Assembly (NCBI GenBank): GCA_964464935.1
Contig: CAYXKE010000001.1
Coordinates: 78,059-142,058 of the forward strand
Direction of reading: 5' to 3'
Length of the DNA: 64,000 nt
From: an uncultured Chryseobacterium sp.
GTDB taxonomy: Bacteria; Bacteroidota; Bacteroidia; Flavobacteriales_F; PHOS-HE28
A program made the translations under genes and the position numbers. Each line of letters starts with the position of its first letter. The stretch's first letter is position 1. The notes beneath the pieces were generated by a model. That model had not been told where the DNA came from, ran no database searches, and saw nothing but the letters and a program-made list of their open reading frames with translations. Shown here piece by piece: positions 57,103 to 64,000 of this stretch.

Positions 57103-60100
57103 ATGCGCCATCCGTTTGCCGCGCTGCTGAGCATCGCCCTGCCCGCGTTGCTGAGCGCACAGAGCTCGCCACCGGCCGCCCACGTGCAGGACGTGGCCGA
57201 TGTGCCCATCGCCTTCACCAATGCCACCCTGCACATCGACGCCCGCACCACCGTGCCCCGTGCCACCCTGGTGGTGCAGGGCGGACGCGTGGTTGCCGCC
57301 GGTGACCGGGTGACCATACCGCCCGGTGCGGCCGTGCGCGACATGCAGGGCCTGCACCTGTGGCCCGCCCTGGTGGAGCCCTACAGCGATCTGGGACTGC
57401 CCCCCACCCCGCCCGACCAGCGCAAGGGCGAGGTGAAGGCCGCCCGCCACTGGAACGGCGCCCTGCGCGCCGACGCCCAGGCCCACCTGCTGCTGCAGCG
57501 CGATGCCGAACGCAGCGACGCCCTGCGCCGCCAAGGCTTCGCCACGGTGATCGCCCATCGCATGGACGGCATCGCCCGCGGCACCTCGGCCGCCGTGCTG
57601 CTCAACGATGAACCACCCCGCAAGGCGGTGCTCCAACCCGATGTGGCCGGCCACTTCAGCCTGCGCCGGGGCAGCTCCCCCGACCCCTACCCGCGCTCGC
57701 AGATGGGGGCCATTGCACTGGTGCGCCAGGCATTGCTCGATGCCCGCTGGTACGCCGCGCAGCCCCAACCCAAGGAGACCGACGCCGTGCTCCACGCGCT
57801 GGGCCGGCAGCTGGCCGGCCGCCTGGTGGCCGAGGCCGGCGACCGCAACGAGCTGCTGCGCTGGGCCAACATCATGAAGGAGTTCGGCCTCAGCGCCATC
57901 ATCAAGGGCAACGGCGATGAGTACGCCCGCCTGGCCGCCATCAAAGCCACGGGCATGCCACTTCTGGTGCCCTTCGCGCCGCCGCCGGCATATGATGTGG
58001 ACGATCCCTTCGACGCGCTGGAGGTGAGCTACGCCCGCCTGAAGCACTGGGAGCTGGCGCCCTACAATGCCCTGATGCTCGACACGGCCCGCGTGCCCTT
58101 CGCCCTCACCACCCACGGTCGCCCGGACCTCAAGGAGATGTGGAAGGACCTGCGCCGCCTGGTGGCCTGCGGCCTGGACAGCGCCCGCGCCATCGAACTG
58201 CTCACCACCGAACCCGCACGGCTCTTCGGCCTGGAAGACCGCGTGGGCGCGCTGCGGCCCGGCATGGTGGCCAACCTGCTGGTCACCTCGCACCACCTGC
58301 TCCACGCCCGCAACACCATCCACGAGACCTGGGTGCAGGGGCGCCGCTTCCTGATCGACAACCCCGAAGCCCCCGCCCTGCAAGGCACCTACACGCTGAA
58401 CCTGGAGGGCGAGCTCTGGCAGCTGAAGGTGGGCGGGCCGCGCGAGAAGCCCGAAGTGAAGGTGCGGCGCGAGAACGAGCCCGACAGCCTGGCCGTGAAA
58501 GCGCACTTCGACCGGCAGGGCACGGCCGTCACCATCCACTTCGCCCCGAAGGACAAGCCGCAGGACCTCGTGCGCCTCAACGGTGCGCTGCACGGTGGCG
58601 GCGGCCTCTGGGCCGGTCAGGGCCAGCGCCCCGGCGGCCAATGGTTCACCTGGAGCGCCGTACGCGCCGCCGACGACAGATCGGCCGCGCCGCGCGACAC
58701 CTCCAGCACGGCGAAGCCCCCCACCCCGCCCGGCCCCATCACCCATCCGCTGGTGGGCCACGGATGGATCACACCCCCACAGCAGGAGACCGTGCTCTTC
58801 CGCAAGGCCACCGTATGGACCAACACCGATCGCGGCATCCTGCGCGGCGCCGATGTGCTGGTGCACCAGGGCCGCATCGTGGCCGTGGGCGAGGACCTGG
58901 ACCCCGCCGCCCACTTCACCGGACGCACCAGGCCCACGGTGACCGAGATCGACGCCCGCGGCAGGCACCTCACCAGCGGCATCATCGATGAACACTCGCA
59001 CATCGCCATCTCCCGCGGGGTGAACGAGGGCACCCAGGCCGTGACCGCCGAGGTGCGCATCGGCGATGTGACCGACCCGGACGACATGAACATCTACCGC
59101 AACCTGGCGGGCGGGGTCACGGCGGTGCAGCAGTTGCACGGCAGCGCCAACCCCATCGGCGGGCAGAGCAGCCTCATCAAGCTGCGCTGGGGGCACACGG
59201 CCGACAGCATGCGGATCAAGGACGCCCCGGGCCACATCAAGTTCGCCCTGGGTGAGAACGTGAAGCAGAGCAACTGGAACGTGCCCGAGAAGCGCTTCCC
59301 GCAGACGCGCATGGGCGTGGAGCAGGTGTTCTACGAGGCATTCCACCGGGCCCGGGCCTACGACCGCCAATGGCGCGAGTGGAACGCGTTGAAGCCCCGC
59401 GATCGCGCCGACCTGCCACCGCCCCGCCGCGACCTGGAACTGGAGACCCTGGCCGAGATCCTCAACGGCACGCGCCACATCACCTGCCACAGCTACGTGC
59501 AGAGCGAGATCGCCATGCTGGTGCGCGTGGCCGACAGCATGGGCTTCCGCGTGAACACCTTCACCCACGTGCTCGAGGGATACAAGGTGGCCGCCCGCCT
59601 GCTGCGCCACGGTGCCAACGCAAGCACCTTCAGCGACTGGTGGGCCTACAAGTTCGAGGTGAACGACGCCATTCCCTTCAACGCCGCGCTGATGCATGCC
59701 CACGGGGTGAACACCGGCATCAACAGCGATGATGCGGAGATGAGCCGTCGCCTGAACCAGGAGGCCGCCAAGACCGTGAAGTACGGCGGCGTGAGCGAGG
59801 AGGAGGCGTGGAAGATGGTGACGCTCAACCCCGCCCGCATGCTGAAGCTGGACCACCGCATGGGCAGCGTGGAGGCGGGCAAGGATGCCGACCTGGTGCT
59901 GTGGAGCGACCACCCGCTGAGCATCCGCGCCCGCGCCCTGCAGACCTGGGTGGACGGCGTGCGCTACTACGACGCCGAGCGCGACGCCCGGCAGCGCAGC
60001 TGGATGGCCGCCGAGCGCGACCGCCTGGTGCGCGCCATGATCGCCGCGAAGGCCGAGGGGGCGCCCACCCGCAAGGCCCGGCGCGAGCACCAACACCTGT

Positions 60101-60162
60101 GGCATTGTGAAGACCTGGGCGATGGCAGCGAACACGACCATGAGGACCATGAGGACCGCTGA
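57103..60162 (+). CDS. amidohydrolase-family protein (large, secreted) with C-terminal His/Asp/Glu-rich tail
   Basis: There is a signal peptide. Metal-dependent hydrolase motifs are present (IIDEHSHIAI..., HGVNTGINSDD, GKDADLVLW). The tail is EHDHEDHEDR. Confidence 0.7.
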   Translation: MRHPFAALLSIALPALLSAQSSPPAAHVQDVADVPIAFTNATLHIDARTTVPRATLVVQGGRVVAAGDRVTIPPGAAVRDMQGLHLWPALVEPYSDLGLPPTPPDQRKGEVKAARHWNGALRADAQAHLLLQRDAERSDALRRQGFATVIAHRMDGIARGTSAAVLLNDEPPRKAVLQPDVAGHFSLRRGSSPDPYPRSQMGAIALVRQALLDARWYAAQPQPKETDAVLHALGRQLAGRLVAEAGDRNELLRWANIMKEFGLSAIIKGNGDEYARLAAIKATGMPLLVPFAPPPAYDVDDPFDALEVSYARLKHWELAPYNALMLDTARVPFALTTHGRPDLKEMWKDLRRLVACGLDSARAIELLTTEPARLFGLEDRVGALRPGMVANLLVTSHHLLHARNTIHETWVQGRRFLIDNPEAPALQGTYTLNLEGELWQLKVGGPREKPEVKVRRENEPDSLAVKAHFDRQGTAVTIHFAPKDKPQDLVRLNGALHGGGGLWAGQGQRPGGQWFTWSAVRAADDRSAAPRDTSSTAKPPTPPGPITHPLVGHGWITPPQQETVLFRKATVWTNTDRGILRGADVLVHQGRIVAVGEDLDPAAHFTGRTRPTVTEIDARGRHLTSGIIDEHSHIAISRGVNEGTQAVTAEVRIGDVTDPDDMNIYRNLAGGVTAVQQLHGSANPIGGQSSLIKLRWGHTADSMRIKDAPGHIKFALGENVKQSNWNVPEKRFPQTRMGVEQVFYEAFHRARAYDRQWREWNALKPRDRADLPPPRRDLELETLAEILNGTRHITCHSYVQSEIAMLVRVADSMGFRVNTFTHVLEGYKVAARLLRHGANASTFSDWWAYKFEVNDAIPFNAALMHAHGVNTGINSDDAEMSRRLNQEAAKTVKYGGVSEEEAWKMVTLNPARMLKLDHRMGSVEAGKDADLVLWSDHPLSIRARALQTWVDGVRYYDAERDARQRSWMAAERDRLVRAMIAAKAEGAPTRKARREHQHLWHCEDLGDGSEHDHEDHEDR

Positions 60163-61480
60163 ACCCCAGCACCTGCGCCGCGTGGCCACCGCGCTGCTCA
60201 TGGCGGCCACCACCTTCGTGGCGGCCCAGCGGCCCGCACCCGCACCGCCGCAGACCCGTTCCATCCTGGTGACCGGCGGCACCGTGCACGTGGGCGACGG
60301 CCGCGTGATCGACAACGGCGCCGTGGGCTTCCGCGAGGGCCGCATCGACTTCGTGGGATCGCGCTACGGCGTGCCCGGCCCATACGACACGGTGATCGTG
60401 GTGGAGCACCACCACATCTACCCCGGCTTCATCGGCGCCAACACCACGCTGGGGCTCGCCGAGGTGGAGAGTGTGCGCGGCAGCGTGGACCGCGAGGACA
60501 TCGGCCACCTGGAGCCCGAGCTCCGCACCCTCGCCGCCTACAACACCGACTCACGCGTGATCCCCACCGTGCGCGCCAACGGCGTGCTCGTGGCCCAGGT
60601 GGTGCCCCGCGGACCCACCATCAGCGGCACCAGCAGCGTGGTGCAGCTCGATGCCTGGGACGGTGAGCAGGCCACCGTGCGGGCCGATGACGGCGTGCAC
60701 CTGCGCTGGCCCGCCGCCTACGAACGCCGGGGGTGGTGGGCCGAACCCGGCGAGACCGACCAGGCCAAAAAGGACGAGCGCGCCAAGCAGATCGAGGAGA
60801 TCCGCGCATTCTTCCGCCGCGCCCGCGCCTATGCCCAGACCAGTGCACCGGCCGAGGTGGACCTGCGCCTGGAGGCCATGCGCGGGGTGTTCAACGGCAC
60901 CAAGACCCTTTACGTGCACGCCAACGCCGCGCGCGAGATCAGCGAGGCGGTGCTCTTCGCCCGGGCCGAGGGCGTGCAGCGCACCGTGATCGTGGGCGGC
61001 TACGACGCCTGGCGCGTGGCCGACCTGCTGCGCGACAACCAGGTGGACGTGGTGCTGCGCCGGCTGCACCAACTGCCCCTGCGGCCCGATGACGACATCG
61101 ACCTGCCCTACCGCCTGCCCGCCCTGCTGAAGGAGCGCGGCGTGCGCTTCTGCCTGGACCGCGCGGGCGACATGGAGGCCATGGGCCTGCGCAATCTGCC
61201 GTTCATCGCCGGCACCGCCGCGGCCTACGGCTTGGATCCCGAGGACGCCCTGCGTGCCATCACCCTCGATGCCGCGGCCATCCTCGGCATCGATCACCGC
61301 CTGGGCAGCCTCACCGTGGGCAAGGACGCCACCCTGATCGTCTCGCGCGGCGATGCGCTCGACATGCGCGGCAACGCCATCACCCACGCCTTCATCGAAG
61401 GCCGCGCGATCGTGCTGGACGATGCACACCAGCAACTGTACCGCCTCTACGAGGAGCGCCGCCGCCGTACGATGAACTGA
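60149..61480 (+). CDS. amidohydrolase-family protein (secreted)
   Basis: There is a signal peptide, LRRVATALLMAATTFVAAQ, and a GKDATLIV C-terminal motif. It is paired with the upstream amidohydrolase. The start may instead be 60107. Confidence 0.65.
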   Translation: MRTAEPQHLRRVATALLMAATTFVAAQRPAPAPPQTRSILVTGGTVHVGDGRVIDNGAVGFREGRIDFVGSRYGVPGPYDTVIVVEHHHIYPGFIGANTTLGLAEVESVRGSVDREDIGHLEPELRTLAAYNTDSRVIPTVRANGVLVAQVVPRGPTISGTSSVVQLDAWDGEQATVRADDGVHLRWPAAYERRGWWAEPGETDQAKKDERAKQIEEIRAFFRRARAYAQTSAPAEVDLRLEAMRGVFNGTKTLYVHANAAREISEAVLFARAEGVQRTVIVGGYDAWRVADLLRDNQVDVVLRRLHQLPLRPDDDIDLPYRLPALLKERGVRFCLDRAGDMEAMGLRNLPFIAGTAAAYGLDPEDALRAITLDAAAILGIDHRLGSLTVGKDATLIVSRGDALDMRGNAITHAFIEGRAIVLDDAHQQLYRLYEERRRRTMN

Positions 61481-61485
61481 CGGCC

Positions 61486-62475
61486 TCAGCGGCCGGCCGG
61501 CACAGCGGCCAGGCCCAGCCGTTCGCGCACGCGGCCCAGCACCGTGGTGGCCACGGCCGTGGCTTTCCCGGCCCCCTTGCGCAGCTCGGCCTCGATGGTC
61601 CCCTTGTCGGCCATCAGGCGGGCGAAGGTGTCGCGCTCAGTGGCAAAGCCATCGAGCAGCGCCGCCAGCAGCTCCTTCTTGGCGTGGCCGTAGCCATAGC
61701 CCCCGGCGCGGTACTTCGCGGCCACGTCGGCCACCGCATCGGCCGGCGCCACCAGGCGAAAGATCTTGAACACGTTGCACGCCTCGGGGTCCTTCGGCTC
61801 CTCCAGCGGCGTACTGTCGGTGACGATGCTCATCACCTCCTTCTTCAGCTCCTTCTCCGGGGCGAAGATCCGCACCAGGTTGCCCCGGCTCTTGCTCATC
61901 TTCTCCCCGTCGATGCCCGGCACGATCATCACCTGCTCATCGATCCGCGCGTCGGGCACCACGAACGTCTCGCCCATCTGCCGGTTGAAGCGCTCGGCCA
62001 CGTCGCGCGTGAACTCCAGGTGCTGCTTCTGGTCCTTGCCCACGGGCACCACCTCGGCATCGTACAGCAGGATGTCGGCCGCCATGAGCATGGGGTAGGT
62101 GAACAGGCCCCCGTTCACGTCCTCCAGGCGGTCGGCCTTGTCCTTGAAGCCGTGGGCCAGCGCCAGGCGGGAATAGGGGAAGAAGCAGCTCAGATACCAG
62201 CTCAGCTCGGCGCACTGGGGCACATCGCTCTGGCGGTAGAACACGGTGCGCGCCGTGTCCAGCCCGCAGGCCAGCCACGCCGCCGCCACGCCGTAGGTGT
62301 TCTCCCGCAGCACGGCGGGGTCCTTGATCTGCGTGAGCGAGTGCAGGTCGGCGATGAACAGGAACGACTCGTTGCCGGGCGTGCGCGAGGCGGCCACCGC
62401 CGGGCGGATGGCGCCCAGTACGTTCCCCAGATGCGGGGTGCCGGTGCTTTGGATGCCGGTGAGGATGCGGGCCAT
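61486..62475 (-). CDS. trpS: tryptophan--tRNA ligase
   Basis: The N-terminal HIGH-region motif is GIQSTGTPHLGNVLGA and the KMSKS motif is present as KMSKS. Confidence 0.9.
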   Translation of the reverse strand: MARILTGIQSTGTPHLGNVLGAIRPAVAASRTPGNESFLFIADLHSLTQIKDPAVLRENTYGVAAAWLACGLDTARTVFYRQSDVPQCAELSWYLSCFFPYSRLALAHGFKDKADRLEDVNGGLFTYPMLMAADILLYDAEVVPVGKDQKQHLEFTRDVAERFNRQMGETFVVPDARIDEQVMIVPGIDGEKMSKSRGNLVRIFAPEKELKKEVMSIVTDSTPLEEPKDPEACNVFKIFRLVAPADAVADVAAKYRAGGYGYGHAKKELLAALLDGFATERDTFARLMADKGTIEAELRKGAGKATAVATTVLGRVRERLGLAAVPAGR

Positions 62476-62539
62476 GGGGCGGCGAAGTTATTCCCCCCAT
62501 CACACCCCGGGGCGGCGCGGCTACCTTCGCGCTCCCCGG

Positions 62540-63349
62540 ATGGAGCCCGCTCCCACCCACCGCAGCGCCGTGCGCGATGGCAACAGCCGCCGCCACCCCG
62601 TGGCCGCCTGGCTCTTCCTGCCCCTGCGCCTGGTGTACAAGGCATGGCTGGCCCTGGTGTTCTTCACCTCCATGCTGGTGCTCTACCTGCCCTTCAAGTA
62701 CCTGCTGGCCCGGCCCCGGCGCTACCCCGCCGCCTTCCGCCTGAAGCGCGCCTGGGCCTGCTTCCTGCAGTGGGCCGGCCTCTTCCCCGCCCGCGTGCAG
62801 TACCGGGCCCCGCTGCCCCCACCGCCCTACGTGATCTGCTCCAACCACAGCAGCTACCTCGACATCGTGGCCATGTACAATGTGGTGCCCCAGTACTTCG
62901 TGTTCATGGGCAAGAACGAGCTGCGCCGCTGGCCCCTGTTCCGCATCTTCTTCAAGGACATGAACATCGCCGTGGACCGCCACAACCGCAGCGGCGCGGC
63001 CCGGGCCTTCATCCGCGCGGACCAGACCCTGGAGCAGGGCACCAGCGTGGCCATCTTCCCGGAGGGCACCATCCCCGACCATACCCCGCGCATGAAGCCA
63101 TTCAAGGATGGCGCCTTCCGCCTGGCCGTGGGCCGTCAGGTGCCCATCGTGCCCATCACCTTCGTGGACCATTGGCGCCGCTTCGGCGAGCCCGGTGAGC
63201 TCCTCAGCCGCGCCTGCCCCGGACGCGCCCGCGTGGTGGTGCACCCGGCCGTACCCACCACCGGCCTCACCGAGGCCGATCTGATAGCTTTGCGTCAGCA
63301 GGTGTACCGCACCATCGAGGCGCCCCTGCTCGAAGACCAAGCACCATGA
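62540..63349 (+). CDS. plsC: 1-acyl-sn-glycerol-3-phosphate acyltransferase (lysophospholipid acyltransferase)
   Basis: NHSSYLDI is the HX4D-type acyltransferase motif (NHxxxxD variant), and FPEGT is motif III. Confidence 0.75.
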   Translation: MEPAPTHRSAVRDGNSRRHPVAAWLFLPLRLVYKAWLALVFFTSMLVLYLPFKYLLARPRRYPAAFRLKRAWACFLQWAGLFPARVQYRAPLPPPPYVICSNHSSYLDIVAMYNVVPQYFVFMGKNELRRWPLFRIFFKDMNIAVDRHNRSGAARAFIRADQTLEQGTSVAIFPEGTIPDHTPRMKPFKDGAFRLAVGRQVPIVPITFVDHWRRFGEPGELLSRACPGRARVVVHPAVPTTGLTEADLIALRQQVYRTIEAPLLEDQAP

Positions 63350-63648
63350 AGCTCGACGACGCCGTGCTGGACCGCATTGCCGAACTCGCCCGCCTGGACG
63401 TGAGCGACCCGGCCACCCGCGAACGCCTCAAAGGCGACATGCAGCGCGTGATCGGCTTCGTGGAAAAGCTCAACGAGGTGGACACCAACGGCGTGGAACC
63501 CCTGGTGTTCATGACCGCCGAACTGGACCGCCTGCGCGATGACGTGGTGGTGCCCGAGGACATCATCCCCAAAGCCGAGGCCCTGCGCAACAGTCCCGTG
63601 AAGGACAGCGACTACTTCAAGGTGCCCAAGGTGGTGGACAAGGAGTGA
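63346..63648 (+). CDS. gatC: Asp-tRNA(Asn)/Glu-tRNA(Gln) amidotransferase subunit C
   Basis: It is ~100 aa and has the GatC family pattern (L..LARL.....E...L..DL..IL.FVE.L.EVDT..VEP). Confidence 0.8.
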   Translation: MKLDDAVLDRIAELARLDVSDPATRERLKGDMQRVIGFVEKLNEVDTNGVEPLVFMTAELDRLRDDVVVPEDIIPKAEALRNSPVKDSDYFKVPKVVDKE

Positions 63649-63756
63649 CGGCGCGGCCACGGCTCCTCGGCCGGACGACTTGAAGAGCAATTCCTGATCG
63701 CCTCAGAGACGTACCGCGCGCACCTACGGACGGGGTGCTTGGACAACCTTTATCGT

Positions 63757-63795
63757 GAACGACCCCGGTCATCATGGCCGGGGTTGTTCGTTGCT
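63757..63795 (+). terminator. intrinsic terminator candidate after gatC: GAACGACCCCGG-tcatcatgg-CCGGGGTTGTTC then GTTG
   Basis: The 12-bp stem with one G-U pair was read directly. A T-rich tail follows. Confidence 0.45.
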
Positions 63796-63865
63796 GGAGG
63801 TACCCCGTACACCATCCGTGCGGTCCACCATCGCGCGGGCATGTAGCTTTAGCCATCATCGTCCG

Positions 63866-64000
63866 ATGGCCCAGTTCCGTTCGTTGTACCGCTTGGCCCA
63901 CCGCTTTCATCGCCTGTCCACGGCCATGGCGCTGACCCTGGGCACCACCGTGGCGGTGGGCCAGCCATCAGCCCGCATCGACAGCCTGCGGCGGGCGGTG
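63866..64000 (+). CDS. hypothetical secreted protein (5' part only; continues past the right edge)
   Basis: The ORF starts with a signal-peptide-like N-terminus, MAQFRSLYRLAHRFHRLSTAMALTLGTTVAVGQ. Confidence 0.3.
   Translation, partial: MAQFRSLYRLAHRFHRLSTAMALTLGTTVAVGQPSARIDSLRRAV

Noticed and set aside
56926-60345. 1139-aa minus-strand ORF opposite the large amidohydrolase
   Set aside because: It is antisense to a gene with clear metal-hydrolase motifs and has no coding periodicity of its own.
61684-63340. Long overlapping ORFs on both strands across trpS/plsC (504 aa and 467 aa)
   Set aside because: They are out-of-frame or antisense to trpS and plsC. Their compositions are low-complexity.

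Overview
This 64-kb window is high-GC (about 70%) and gene-dense, with roughly 60 genes and short intergenic spacers. I read it as a chromosomal region of a Bacteroidota-type organism. The grounds are type IX secretion (T9SS) type A and type B C-terminal sorting domains, a partial PorP/SprF-family gene, delta-60 repeats, a long-form IspG and a truncated NuoG. The content is mostly housekeeping, listed here in order. A partial porP/sprF-like gene and an adjacent T9SS type-B cargo protein come first, followed by tRNA-Arg(CCT). Next is a small glycan cluster of a GNT-I-like glycosyltransferase, a GT4 glycosyltransferase and a methyltransferase, then menB and metG. After these come an outer-membrane beta-barrel gene with a frameshift in a G5 run, a delta-60-repeat T9SS type-A cargo protein, and ldcA carrying an in-frame palindromic insert. 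These are followed by a DUF4412 protein, yraN, rluB, an AsmA-family protein and a frameshifted hypothetical gene, then a histidine kinase, hemW, a cyclase-family protein, a DUF502 protein, a coiled-coil secreted protein and a DMT transporter. A fusion of a cytochrome c domain to a PHM/DBH-like copper monooxygenase sits next to a redoxin, followed by a DUF4230 protein, ispG and two hypothetical secreted or lipoproteins. Then come an M23 peptidase, thiL and a Y_Y_Y/LytS-type histidine kinase with a LytTR response regulator, followed by a 362-bp structured intergenic region and a small hypothetical ORF. After these are pepP, a DUF1801 protein and a membrane protein. These are followed by the nuoGHIJKLMN block, dusB, an FtsX-like permease, a methyltransferase, rbfA, an MsbA-like ABC exporter, a class A PBP and hflX. 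The window ends with a cytochrome c, a small membrane protein, two amidohydrolases, trpS, plsC, gatC and a partial secreted-protein gene. I found no phage, CRISPR or classical defence genes. The most unusual items are the cytochrome c to copper monooxygenase fusion with its redoxin partner, a MITE-like palindromic repeat present both in-frame in ldcA and in the rbfA spacer, a hairpin-rich intergenic region beside the two-component pair, and two frameshifts at G homopolymers. Most long ORFs in the six-frame track that overlap these genes are antisense or out-of-frame artefacts of the high GC content.
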